A DNA stretch of 31,222 bases from a virus (lineage: Duplodnaviria; Caudoviricetes), in the IMG/VR virus record IMGVR_UViG_3300030376_002532, positions 1-31,222 of that record; one strand, written 5' to 3'. How positions within the stretch are numbered: position 1 is the stretch's first letter; each line of letters opens with the position of its first letter. The notes below the pieces were generated by a model, which had not been told where the DNA came from, ran no database searches, and saw nothing but the letters and a program-made list of their open reading frames with translations. Below are positions 16,095 to 25,641 of this stretch, in pieces. Position numbers and translations under genes: made by a program.

Positions 16095-16664
16095 TTAATT
16101 ATTATTTAGTCTGTTGTAAATCCTATCCATTTTAGTTTCTATTTTATTGGATATTTTGAAATTGAATTTTTTATCTTCTTTTTCAGGATTATGTTTAATA
16201 GGTTCAGCGACATCAGCAGATAGTTCTTCTTTTTCTACTTCTTCTTTAACTTCTGTTTCTTCGCTCATCTCTTCTTTATCTCCGATTTTCTCGATCATTG
16301 ACTTAATTTCTTCTACTGCTAAAGCAAATTCTTCTTTAGTAACATACATTTCCTCTTTTTCTTCTTCAAGGTCTGTTTCTACTTTTGCTTCTACTTCTTC
16401 TTCTTTAGCTTCTGCAATAGCATCAATTAAACCTTCTTCTTTTACCATTAGCTTTCTGCCATCTTCTAAGGCATATTCTCCAACAGGAAGTGCAATTTCT
16501 TCTTCTTCTGATTTAATAAATATTGCTTTGCCAGCTTCGAAACTTTCAGCAACTAAAATAGTGCCGTTTTCTAATTTTAATTCTTCGAGTTGTACAGATA
16601 CTTCTTCTGAAAGTTCCACACCAACCACGTTCTTGATTTTATTAAGTATTTCTTGCGCTTTCAT
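16095..16664 (-). CDS. Capsid scaffolding protein
   Basis: Very acidic, LPVGEYALEDG motif, short C-terminal helix TKMDRIYNRLNNN; immediately upstream of the capsid gene. Confidence 0.8.
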   Translation of the reverse strand: MKAQEILNKIKNVVGVELSEEVSVQLEELKLENGTILVAESFEAGKAIFIKSEEEEIALPVGEYALEDGRKLMVKEEGLIDAIAEAKEEEVEAKVETDLEEEKEEMYVTKEEFALAVEEIKSMIEKIGDKEEMSEETEVKEEVEKEELSADVAEPIKHNPEKEDKKFNFKISNKIETKMDRIYNRLNNN

Positions 16665-16669
16665 GTCTA

Positions 16670-16699
16670 TAATCCGCTTAAAGACATAAAATGATATAC
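16670..16699 (-). promoter_or_regulatory. Putative late promoter GTATATCA-N15-CGGATTA
   Basis: Identical bipartite motif and spacing also at 25607-25636; ATG 5 nt downstream. Confidence 0.7.
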
Positions 16700-16715
16700 T
16701 TTTTATAAAACTTTT

Positions 16716-16856
16716 TTATACTGGACCTATGCCTTGTGCTTGATGTGAACCATCACAGCATTTAGAATGATAAGTATTATCAGCACACAAACATCCCCTT
16801 TTACCACCTTTAGGAGATGTCTTACTCATTGTTTTGTTTTCTCTTTTCTTTTTCAT
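16716..16856 (-). CDS. Small Cys-rich protein with CDGSH-like motif (46 aa, not in ORF track)
   Basis: MKKKRENKTMSKTSPKGGKRGCLCADNTYHSKCCDGSHQAQGIGPV; ATGA overlap with the protease stop. Confidence 0.75.
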   Translation of the reverse strand: MKKKRENKTMSKTSPKGGKRGCLCADNTYHSKCCDGSHQAQGIGPV

Positions 16857-18013
16857 TTTTTCTTAACGCATTTATGTTTTTGATAGTCTTTCTTATAACC
16901 TTTTGGACACTTGTATTTTTTAAGTGAATGCTTTTCACATGGCATATACCATTGTTTGTCTTCAAACTCATGTGTGTGTATTCCTTCACATCCTATATTA
17001 ACAGCCATTTCTTCTGCTTTTTCTTTAGTTGAATAAGCAAGCCTATCATCTATAATAGCAAAGTCATCATTTATAAGCATTGACTCCAAATTAATTTCTC
17101 CTAGTTCTTTTAGCTTGCTTTCACTCCATCTTAAACCAGCTTTTCCACCCCACAATAAATAAGAGATAGTTCCACACGCTTGATTGTCGTTTTCATCGTA
17201 ATATTCAGAAGCTCTTGATAAATAGCTGTACATTCTTTTGATGGTTTCTAAACTGATGTTTTTTTTGTCTCTTAGCTGCGTGGCTCTTATTTTACCTACT
17301 TGAGTTGCACACTTATTACTTACTTTTTCGTTAAGTTCAATTCCACGTTTAGCATTGTTACTAACTGAATCAGGATAATCGTTGTAAGTTTCTAAAGTAA
17401 TTTTTTCATCTTTTACAATATCTCTAATTGTGTTTAGCATGTAAACAGCTTCACTTTCTAAAATAGCTTCCATTTCTTGTGCTGTGCTATCTCTTTTCAT
17501 TTTTGCTTTGTCTGCAAAATATCCTTCAATTGAAAAACCTTTTACTTTTCCGCTTTTTACGTAGTCATTCCAAACCTCATCATTTTCAACTTTCATTGAA
17601 ATCATCCAAGTGCCAACAGGAACTTCCAAACCATACTTAGCAGATTTATCCATTTTAGTGTCTTCTACTATCCAGCTTTCAAATACTGTTAAATCATCTA
17701 TTCCCATGCTATGTTCTAAAGTAGCATTGTTTTGATTACCGTTCTTAAAAAATAGTTCTGCTGCCCTTCTTACAGTGTCTTTAGAGAAATAAACATAAAA
17801 CATGTCTTCTCCTTTTTTTCTAAATATTGGCTTATTAGGTATTAAGGCAGCTCCCATTAAGATGCGCTTTTCTTCATCTACCGCTGCTAATTTCACTTCT
17901 TGTTCTGCTAATGCAATAAAATCACTTTCTATTGCGCCGTTCTCTACGATTGACACCGCATCTATTCCAGTCATCTCGTTTTCTTCATCTAATATTAATT
18001 CTACTATTTCCAT
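16853..18013 (-). CDS. Prohead serine protease (XkdF-like) with appended C-terminal domains
   Basis: KRILMGAALIPNKPI, TLEH, VFESWIVE, PVGTW, VKSGKVKGFSIEG. Confidence 0.85.
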   Translation of the reverse strand: MEIVELILDEENEMTGIDAVSIVENGAIESDFIALAEQEVKLAAVDEEKRILMGAALIPNKPIFRKKGEDMFYVYFSKDTVRRAAELFFKNGNQNNATLEHSMGIDDLTVFESWIVEDTKMDKSAKYGLEVPVGTWMISMKVENDEVWNDYVKSGKVKGFSIEGYFADKAKMKRDSTAQEMEAILESEAVYMLNTIRDIVKDEKITLETYNDYPDSVSNNAKRGIELNEKVSNKCATQVGKIRATQLRDKKNISLETIKRMYSYLSRASEYYDENDNQACGTISYLLWGGKAGLRWSESKLKELGEINLESMLINDDFAIIDDRLAYSTKEKAEEMAVNIGCEGIHTHEFEDKQWYMPCEKHSLKKYKCPKGYKKDYQKHKCVKKK

Positions 18014-18024
18014 TTTATTTGTTT

Positions 18025-20010
18025 TTATAACGTTGCTCTACTTACTATTGCATTATTTAATTGTTGCTGTGTTGTAACTGCTCCAGCTACCACAAACGCT
18101 TGTACAGGCCCTTGACTTCCTACTGCGTTTGCTATTTGATTAACTCCTGAATTTCCTACTATGTTAAATTGTGGAGGTTGACTTCCACCACCAACACCAC
18201 CACCACCAGCACCGCCACTGGATGAACCGCCTAATGTAGCAGCTTCAAATCTTTGTTGTCTTATTTTATTTACGTTTGCTAATCCAGCAAAAATCGCAGC
18301 TCCAGCAGCAACAGCACCTCTAATTGGAGAAGAAGGATCAGGAACAGGTAAAAACTGAGATTGATAAGCACTGTTAGCACTGGAATAAGTAGTCATTAAA
18401 GCACCAGCAATCTGTGCCGCCTTTTGCCTATCAAATGCTTTCTTTGCTCTTTTGTTATTAGCAGCAAGCATCTTTCTTTTTTGTGCATCAGTTAGCTGTT
18501 CATTGTCAAGAATGTCATTATTCATTCTATTAAACCTATCTTGTGTTTGTTGTGCTAAATCTGACATAGTGTTTAGAACTTGACTAGCACTATCTAAAGA
18601 AAACTGTTTGTTTCTTTGTTGTAGTTCTTCTCTTTTTCTAGTTTCTTCTGCTAATGCAGTTGTTAAATCTTTTTCTAGTTGGTTTTTTTGAATGTTGCTA
18701 TTAGAAATAAAACCTAATAATTCTTGGTTTGCATCTTCCCATGCTTGAGTTCCAAAAGCATATAAATCTCTTTTCGCTTCTAGTCTTCGTGTTTCAAGTT
18801 TAATTTCTTTGTTAAGTGTAGTTTCCTGTGCTTGTAACCTTTTTACATCATCATCAATTAATTCATCATTTGCCTTTCTTTGTTCAATAGTTCTTTGATT
18901 ATAACCATCAAGAAAAGTTTGATTCATTTCTAGCTGTTCTTTTTCTAATGAAGCTTGATTTGTAAGCTGTTCACTTCTAAATGTTGCAACCTGTGCTTCA
19001 ATAGCTGCTAGTTCATTTAATGCTTCTTGTTTTGCCACTTGTGCATCAACATTATCTTTATCCATTTTAAGCTGTTGATTAGCTAGTTTTAAGGCAAATT
19101 GTGCATTTGACTTCATGGCTTTTTCTTGCTTGTCTAATACTTCTCCTAAATCTTCATTGGCTTGTATTCTTTCTTCAATAGTCAATCTTTCATCATCTCT
19201 AACTTGTCTTAAACTTTCTGCTTGTAAATCAAATGTTTCAATTAAGCCTCTGTTTACTGCTTCTGCTTTTTTTGCTTCATTTGCAAGGTCTGTGTTAGCT
19301 TGAGCTGCTTTAAATGTTTCTTCTGTGTATTCTGTAATGGCATTTCCTACATCATTAAAAAATTCAATAGTTTCATCTGATGTTAATTTTTCTACTGTAT
19401 CATTAACACCTGTTAAGCCATCCACAAACTTTTTACTTGCTAAAGTTGCTGTTTCTAAAGCACCATCAAAATCCCCTTGAAATACTTGTTTGATTGCAGA
19501 CCCTAATAATCCCCACATTTCAATCTGTGCCTTTATTCTATTAGTAAGATTTTCTACTATTAGATTACCTAGTCTTTTAATGTCTTCTACTGGATCTTCA
19601 AACAATGTTTTGAAAAACCCTTTAACAGTTTTTAAATTATCTTCTATAAAATGAAAAAAATCATTGAAGGCAATAGTAACCATGTTTACTGCTGTGCTAA
19701 ATCCATCAACTACCCTTTGATTTGTTGAAAACAGCTCTGTTACCATTGATAAACCTTTTATTAAAAGTCCTATACCAACCGCCTTTAAAGCAAGGCCCAT
19801 TGATTTAAATCCTTTTCTAGCTATTTTTGATGCGTTTCCTGTTTTTTTAACTGTTGCATTTAATTGTTCTGCATCATTATTAACATTTTGAAAATCTCCA
19901 CCAACATGTCTTAAATCATCATCAATTTTGTTTATTTCTGCATCAACTTGCTTAAGGTTTTTTTGACCCCTGCTAACATTTATCTGTAAGTCTAGTACTT
20001 TTGTTATCAT
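18025..20010 (-). CDS. Tail tape measure protein
   Basis: 661 aa, long helical/coiled coil, hydrophobic LKAVGIGLLI segment, Gly-rich C-terminal linker. Confidence 0.8.
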   Translation of the reverse strand: MITKVLDLQINVSRGQKNLKQVDAEINKIDDDLRHVGGDFQNVNNDAEQLNATVKKTGNASKIARKGFKSMGLALKAVGIGLLIKGLSMVTELFSTNQRVVDGFSTAVNMVTIAFNDFFHFIEDNLKTVKGFFKTLFEDPVEDIKRLGNLIVENLTNRIKAQIEMWGLLGSAIKQVFQGDFDGALETATLASKKFVDGLTGVNDTVEKLTSDETIEFFNDVGNAITEYTEETFKAAQANTDLANEAKKAEAVNRGLIETFDLQAESLRQVRDDERLTIEERIQANEDLGEVLDKQEKAMKSNAQFALKLANQQLKMDKDNVDAQVAKQEALNELAAIEAQVATFRSEQLTNQASLEKEQLEMNQTFLDGYNQRTIEQRKANDELIDDDVKRLQAQETTLNKEIKLETRRLEAKRDLYAFGTQAWEDANQELLGFISNSNIQKNQLEKDLTTALAEETRKREELQQRNKQFSLDSASQVLNTMSDLAQQTQDRFNRMNNDILDNEQLTDAQKRKMLAANNKRAKKAFDRQKAAQIAGALMTTYSSANSAYQSQFLPVPDPSSPIRGAVAAGAAIFAGLANVNKIRQQRFEAATLGGSSSGGAGGGGVGGGSQPPQFNIVGNSGVNQIANAVGSQGPVQAFVVAGAVTTQQQLNNAIVSRATL

Positions 20011-20147
20011 TTTTTAAATCTTAATTGTTGTAACCCCTCTTTAATAGTCAAAGGCACTTTGTTTTTGCCTAGTGCTATATTGATGTTCTTATCATATATC
20101 TTATGTTCTTTGCAGAACTCTAAACCTTCTAATAGTATCTTTATCAT
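20007..20147 (-). CDS. Small hypothetical protein (46 aa, not in ORF track)
   Basis: MIKILLEGLEFCKEHKIYDKNINIALGKNKVPLTIKEGLQQLRFKK; ATGA overlaps at both ends. Confidence 0.7.
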   Translation of the reverse strand: MIKILLEGLEFCKEHKIYDKNINIALGKNKVPLTIKEGLQQLRFKK

Positions 20148-22528
20148 GATGGATTGTTTAATAGTTCAAATTCTGTTTCTCCACTTTGTAGCTTAGTAGT
20201 CATTTTATTAATAGTATAAGCATGTGTTCCAATGATTATTTTATCATCTAAAGTCAGTTTGTTTAGTATATGCAACGGCAGCATTGCAGTGAACTTAAAT
20301 AGTCTAGTTCTTACATCAAACACCCTTTCAATGTAGTTCTTGTAATAAAGGTTAAATAAACTATTTGTATCTCCTGAATAATCAGTGTAAGTATAACTGT
20401 TTATTTCACTTCCAAAATGCAGCTCAAATGTTGGTTTAAATCTAATGCTCGAACTATTATATCCATTAGAAGGCAAAAATGCTTTATCTATATTGTATCT
20501 AGTTCCAGCAGTTGGAGTTGTAGAAGCTTCTAATGGTCTAACAGTGTCAACAAAATTTATAAAATCAGGCCCAAAAAATATATCATCGTCAAAGTCTTGG
20601 TTAATAGCATAAAATAAAAGCGGTTTTCCTATTGTTGGATTCATGTCTGCATCTACAAATAAGCCGTATTGAACATCTGTTGGAGTGTTTGGGAAACCTG
20701 ATTGTGTAGGTGCAAACCTTATTCTCTCATACATCATGTGTTCAAAAGGTGCTTTTACTTCATATTTACCTACCCCATCGTTGTTTCCTATATACTTTAG
20801 TGAACCAAAATCTCTATTAAAAAGTTCTTTAAATTCATCTGCTAAAATTGTTTTTGCCTCTGAGTATTTAAAACTGATTTCTTTATATGGCAAAGTGCCT
20901 TCCATTGAATGTTCATCTGTTTTTATAAACTTAGTTAAATCAAGAACATCTCCACCATCATAAAAAGCATCTAATGTTTTAACCTCTATTTCATTGCTTG
21001 TGTTCACAAATGCAGTAAGGTTGTGCATTTTAAAAAGCCCTTTTAAAAAGTCCATAACTTTCATATCAGGTATTTGTTCATGAATCTGCACAAAACCATC
21101 TTGAGGAGTTAAATTTGATGAATTACTTGTAAATTCTGCTGAAACATCATGTGTTCCATAAAAGTAATGCCAAATGTTAGGCAAATTAAAAACTCCTTCA
21201 TTTAACTGTTTATATAATACATCAAAATACTCTGAAACAGTTATTTTAAAACTAAATTGAAAAGCACTTTCACTTGTTACTCTACCATAAAGAGTATCTA
21301 ATGTTGCAGATGTGAAAAAATCGTTAATATTTATTCCATTTCCATAATGTGAACCAATTAAAAATTGAACAGATTGTGTTCCTGTTAGGTTGGTTGCGTT
21401 ACTTACTGCACTACCTAATGAACCTTTAATAATTTCTAAATCATAAAACACAGTTTCAAATCCTGATGCTGGGGTTACTTCCATAACAACTTTTAAAGAT
21501 TGATTTGACAATTCTGTGATACGTTGAAGCAAATTTCCAAAAGAAGTACCTTGGTCAATTATTTCAGGTATTTTTTTAATTGTATAAACACCAGTTGAAG
21601 TGCTAAAACTCCCTTTAGTGATTTGAGCTGTTGAAATTGTTGGAGCATCTATTGTATCAGTAGTTAAGCTTGTACAATGCGATTCAGAAGATTGACAATT
21701 ATAGGCATCTACGTTTCCAACCCATGTTCCACCTAATGCCATTTTCCCCTTTTGTCTATGTAACCATAGATACATATTTGTAATAGCTGCATTTTCAAAA
21801 AATCCACCTGATGCAAAAGTTATTCCATAACGCAGCTCAATAGCTTTTAAAATTAAACTTACTTTGATAGCTGGCTTTATATCCTCAGGAAATATGCCTC
21901 TAGTTGTATTTGTGTTTGCATCATTTATAGTTATGTTTCCAAAATTGTCAAATTCTCCTGTGCTGTTTATTATGTATTTTTGGCTGTGTGCTAATAAAGG
22001 ATATATAACAGCATCAGAATAAGTAATAGAATCTACTGTATAATCAAAACCGTTTTTAAGGCCATCTATAATGTTTACAGTACTAGCAGTAAAATCAAAG
22101 TTTTCAAGCCACTCTAAAGAATCTAAATTATCTTCTCCTATTAAGTCTTTAAATGATACATTGCCACCAAAAAAAGTAACCTTGTATAAACTGGGCCTGT
22201 TGTTTTTCATAACAACACTTTCTAATTTGATTACACCATCTCTAAACCTTAAATGATTAAGCTCTATTCTAGCATTTAACATCTTTTGATTATTAACTCC
22301 TATTACATCTTGATTGTGCCAATGTTTAAAAAGTTTGTTGTTTGTTTTTGATGCTGGCAGATTAAATGTTTTAGAATAGTCAGTAAATATTTTATCTAAA
22401 TCTTTTGCATCCTGAATAACCTGTGTTAATGTGATTAAATCTTCTTCCATCAAATCAACGTTCTGAAAAGTCTGAACGGTGTTTACATCAGTTAAAATAG
22501 GTTGTATATATAAACTTATTTTTTGCAT
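20144..22528 (-). CDS. Tail tip/hub-like structural protein
   Basis: FTDYSKTFNLPASKTNNKLF and DFLKGLFKMHNL motifs; 794 aa, next to the tape measure gene. Confidence 0.7.
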   Translation of the reverse strand: MQKISLYIQPILTDVNTVQTFQNVDLMEEDLITLTQVIQDAKDLDKIFTDYSKTFNLPASKTNNKLFKHWHNQDVIGVNNQKMLNARIELNHLRFRDGVIKLESVVMKNNRPSLYKVTFFGGNVSFKDLIGEDNLDSLEWLENFDFTASTVNIIDGLKNGFDYTVDSITYSDAVIYPLLAHSQKYIINSTGEFDNFGNITINDANTNTTRGIFPEDIKPAIKVSLILKAIELRYGITFASGGFFENAAITNMYLWLHRQKGKMALGGTWVGNVDAYNCQSSESHCTSLTTDTIDAPTISTAQITKGSFSTSTGVYTIKKIPEIIDQGTSFGNLLQRITELSNQSLKVVMEVTPASGFETVFYDLEIIKGSLGSAVSNATNLTGTQSVQFLIGSHYGNGININDFFTSATLDTLYGRVTSESAFQFSFKITVSEYFDVLYKQLNEGVFNLPNIWHYFYGTHDVSAEFTSNSSNLTPQDGFVQIHEQIPDMKVMDFLKGLFKMHNLTAFVNTSNEIEVKTLDAFYDGGDVLDLTKFIKTDEHSMEGTLPYKEISFKYSEAKTILADEFKELFNRDFGSLKYIGNNDGVGKYEVKAPFEHMMYERIRFAPTQSGFPNTPTDVQYGLFVDADMNPTIGKPLLFYAINQDFDDDIFFGPDFINFVDTVRPLEASTTPTAGTRYNIDKAFLPSNGYNSSSIRFKPTFELHFGSEINSYTYTDYSGDTNSLFNLYYKNYIERVFDVRTRLFKFTAMLPLHILNKLTLDDKIIIGTHAYTINKMTTKLQSGETEFELLNNPS

Positions 22529-23664
22529 TATCTTACATTGTTTATGTAGTCAAAACTCATTTCAAAATTCATTGTGTAGTTTATCAATCTATCATTTAAA
22601 CTTGTCTTAGTTTGCAAATTAGATTCTTTAAGTAATACAGGAAACACATTATTTAAACTATCTACAAGCCATATATATTCACTGAGCAAAAGTTCTTCTA
22701 GTGTAATGTTCATGGCTTCTTTTATAAAACCTGTATTAAGAACTAAACTCTGTTTTGCATTACTATTGAAAGTTTGCATGCTGTGTTCAGTAGTGCTGTA
22801 AGTATTATAAGTGCTTGCTGGAGTACAAACACCACCTACTAAGGATGAGGTTATTGTGTTTGCTGCAAAAATGGATTTGTTAAAAGTTTCATTTTTAGAT
22901 TCTAAAGAAGATGTTGATTTTTTAAAGAAATACACATCTTGAAAAGCACCCCACCTATTTAAAAAAACACATTTGTAAGGAGAAAATTTACATTCTTCTA
23001 CTGCTTCAACAGTAATAGTTCTTGTGCCGCTTGAACTTCTACCTGTAAAGTTTACTACTATGCTATCAATGTTTATAGAAGAACTATAACTTCTTACAAC
23101 ATATTGAATTTTTTGTGGAGAGCTTAAATCATCAGTAACATTTGCTGTTGAAATAGTAGTGTTACCTTCTTTAAATTCAACACTTGTTACATTCTGTGCA
23201 TTTACTGGAAGTCTTATTGCATCTCCATCTTTTACTTGAATATAGTTTGAACTGATAAGAGCTTCGTTTTCATCTGTAAAATTAACACCTTCTTTAAATG
23301 TGTTAAATCCTTCTTGTGCTAAATACACACCATCAGTTGAACTTCCTATTAAAGTACCATCTGCTTTTCTAGCTGTTATTCCTGTTGAAACCCACAAAGA
23401 TTGCATGTCAGCAGAATAAGTGCCTGTAAAAGGTTGTTCAAAATATTGGTTTACAATTTCAGATATTTCAAATGTAACAGATGTTTCAGTCGGTAGAATC
23501 TTTTTTTCAAGTGTAATAGTTTCATTTAAATCTCCACAAGCTGGAGTTGAACCTGTTGAACCTTTAAAGATAGTTAGTATCAATCTAAAGAAAGATAAAT
23601 CTGCATCTGATTCATCAGGTGTTCTTATAAAGAAAGGGCTTCTAGTTCTTATTATTGTACTCAT
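22528..23664 (-). CDS. Tail structural protein
   Basis: RSPFFI N-terminus, FLNRWGAFQDVYF, LNTGF motifs; tail module. Confidence 0.65.
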   Translation of the reverse strand: MSTIIRTRSPFFIRTPDESDADLSFFRLILTIFKGSTGSTPACGDLNETITLEKKILPTETSVTFEISEIVNQYFEQPFTGTYSADMQSLWVSTGITARKADGTLIGSSTDGVYLAQEGFNTFKEGVNFTDENEALISSNYIQVKDGDAIRLPVNAQNVTSVEFKEGNTTISTANVTDDLSSPQKIQYVVRSYSSSINIDSIVVNFTGRSSSGTRTITVEAVEECKFSPYKCVFLNRWGAFQDVYFFKKSTSSLESKNETFNKSIFAANTITSSLVGGVCTPASTYNTYSTTEHSMQTFNSNAKQSLVLNTGFIKEAMNITLEELLLSEYIWLVDSLNNVFPVLLKESNLQTKTSLNDRLINYTMNFEMSFDYINNVR

Positions 23665-24140
23665 AATTTTATATTGTCGTTAAATATTGCTTCAATCATC
23701 TCATCACTGTATTTGACTATTCCAGCTTCAAAAGGTTTTGTGAAGAACATAGTAGCTCTGATTCCTTTTTCTTTAATGCTTCTTGCTATTAAAAAAGAAA
23801 GTGATTTATTAGTGATGAATCTTCCTGTTTTTTTATCCCTTCCCTTTAATCCTCTAGTCTTGGCCCATTTAGTAATTGTTTTTGATGGCGGCTGTTTTGA
23901 CTTGTATCTAAAAGGACTTCTTCTACTTTCTCTATATGTGCTTTTAGAACCTCTAACCCCTTTATCAATAAATTGGCCGTAATCTTCTGATTCAAAAGTC
24001 ACTCTACTATCTTGAATGAAATATTCTAAACTATTATATAGTCTTTTAGTAGCATTGCTTCTTCTTTTAGTCAAATTACTTTTTGACTGCTGAATAACAT
24101 ACTTAGCATATTTTTCTAATACTTGATTAAATTGTCCCAT
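23661..24140 (-). CDS. Putative neck / tail-completion protein
   Basis: Basic; YGQFIDKGVRG and FLIARSIKEKGIRATMFF; likely start ATG 24140 (TAATG overlap). Confidence 0.6.
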   Translation of the reverse strand: MGQFNQVLEKYAKYVIQQSKSNLTKRRSNATKRLYNSLEYFIQDSRVTFESEDYGQFIDKGVRGSKSTYRESRRSPFRYKSKQPPSKTITKWAKTRGLKGRDKKTGRFITNKSLSFLIARSIKEKGIRATMFFTKPFEAGIVKYSDEMIEAIFNDNIKL

Positions 24141-24595
24141 TAGCAATAAGTCATTTCTGTTTTAGCTCCTATATCAAATGTAATTGCCCATCCAGCAAGT
24201 GCATTATCAAATCTTTCTTCAAACGGTTCACAGTTAGCTGGATTAACAAGTTCAAACTCATCTCTGTATATATCTGCTTTCTGTAATACTCTGATCACTC
24301 TAGTACCTAAAGCTATTTGTGTGTTCAATACATCTTGTGTATTGTCATTGCCTAAGAATAAACTTGTATCAGCTTCTTTTGAAACTTCTACTAAATCCAT
24401 CACAAATAGAGTAACATTAAAAGTGATGTAATTATCATTGATAGTGGCATTGTTTACCATTATATGAGCAAGTGGAAAAATGCTTTGTTTCTTTAAATCA
24501 ATATCAGATATATCTCCAAATGTTACTGTGCTATTAAATGGTTCTGCATTGACCACTGTTTTAATCTTATCTATTATGTTGTAAAAACTTTTCAT
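24140..24595 (-). CDS. Putative tail terminator
   Basis: IFPLAHI...CEPFEERFDNALAGW; size and context. Confidence 0.55.
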   Translation of the reverse strand: MKSFYNIIDKIKTVVNAEPFNSTVTFGDISDIDLKKQSIFPLAHIMVNNATINDNYITFNVTLFVMDLVEVSKEADTSLFLGNDNTQDVLNTQIALGTRVIRVLQKADIYRDEFELVNPANCEPFEERFDNALAGWAITFDIGAKTEMTYC

Positions 24596-24861
24596 TGTAT
24601 TTGTTTTATATATAGTGGTGCATGCTGCCCTAGTTCTTCTTCTATAAATTCTTCCAGCCAGTCCATAGCTTCGTCAAATTCTGCGTTATCTCTTTTTATT
24701 ATTAAGTCCAAACACTTCCAATAGTCATAAACAACCTTAATAGGTTTAGTTGCAGTAACACCTAGAAAAGCATCTTCAAAGCCATCAGCAAGAATTATGT
24801 ATTCATCCTTTTGGAATAAATCTCTATCCATTATTTCTTCTAATATTTCTTGCCTTGTCAT
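24592..24861 (-). CDS. Hypothetical acidic protein
   Basis: ADGFEDAFLGV...VVYDYWKC; ATGA overlaps on both sides. Confidence 0.7.
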   Translation of the reverse strand: MTRQEILEEIMDRDLFQKDEYIILADGFEDAFLGVTATKPIKVVYDYWKCLDLIIKRDNAEFDEAMDWLEEFIEEELGQHAPLYIKQIQ

Positions 24862-25118
24862 TTCTTACTATTAGATTTTATCATGTGTGCTTCTAGTTCG
24901 TATTTGTCCTTTTCAAATGATAAGTGCTGTAAGCATTGATGTAATCTTAGTTTAACAACCTCATCTAATTTTCTAATATCTCCATTGGCCAGTCCGTAAA
25001 TAGATTGATACCATCCCCACTTTTGAGCAAATCCTTGAGTTTTTGAGAGATGGTTTCCTCCTTCTGATTCACCAAATAGTTCAGTATATGTTTCTGTAAT
25101 TCGTTTCTTAAATTCCAA
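24858..25118 (-). CDS. Frameshift extension of the tail assembly chaperone (gpT-like)
   Basis: No ATG start; begins at the T9 run in the -1 frame of 24965..25600; KWGWYQSIYGLA motif. Confidence 0.7.
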   Translation of the reverse strand: MEFKKRITETYTELFGESEGGNHLSKTQGFAQKWGWYQSIYGLANGDIRKLDEVVKLRLHQCLQHLSFEKDKYELEAHMIKSNSKK

Positions 25119-25600
25119 AAAAAAACAACTGAGCCAAAAACTACATCTAAAGTCATGTTCCTTAAATCGTATTTACCTGAACCTTCATAATCACTTATTA
25201 AATACTTTTCTTTCTTCTTGTATGTAACAGGCCTAAATAAAACAGTCATTGCTTTGTGCATTGTCTCCCATTTAGGTAAATAAGAATCTAAGTCAATATA
25301 TTCTCCAAAGCTCATTTCATCTAGCTTAGGTATAAATCCAAATTCTATTTCATCCAGTTTGAACATTGTTACTAGCTTAGGTTTTTCTTCAAATACTTTT
25401 GCTATGTCGTTAGTGATAGTATCAACATCACTTGCTTTAATCATTAGCACTTGCTTTAAGGTTATGTTGCAAAATATTTCAATCATCTTTTGCTGTAAGA
25501 ATGGAGTTATCTCTTTTCCTTCTGCAACCTTTAACCACTGTTGGTATTGTCCAAGTGTTATTTCATTTAGCTTTTCAGGTATAGTTATTTCGAGCTTCAT
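24965..25600 (-). CDS. Tail assembly chaperone (gpG-like)
   Basis: EITLGQYQ, FGFIPKLDEMSFGEYIDLD; slippery T9 at 25117-25125. Confidence 0.7.
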   Translation of the reverse strand: MKLEITIPEKLNEITLGQYQQWLKVAEGKEITPFLQQKMIEIFCNITLKQVLMIKASDVDTITNDIAKVFEEKPKLVTMFKLDEIEFGFIPKLDEMSFGEYIDLDSYLPKWETMHKAMTVLFRPVTYKKKEKYLISDYEGSGKYDLRNMTLDVVFGSVVFFWNLRNELQKHILNYLVNQKEETISQKLKDLLKSGDGINLFTDWPMEILEN

Positions 25601-25606
25601 TATTAT

Positions 25607-25636
25607 TAATCCGTTTTAATAGTTAAATTGATATAC
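25607..25636 (-). promoter_or_regulatory. Putative late promoter GTATATCA-N15-CGGATTA
   Basis: Second copy of the motif; ATG 6 nt downstream. Confidence 0.7.
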
Positions 25637-25641
25637 ACGTT

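Noticed and set aside
18181-18232. CCA/CCG-rich repeat
   Set aside because: Simply encodes the Gly-rich linker of the tape measure protein.
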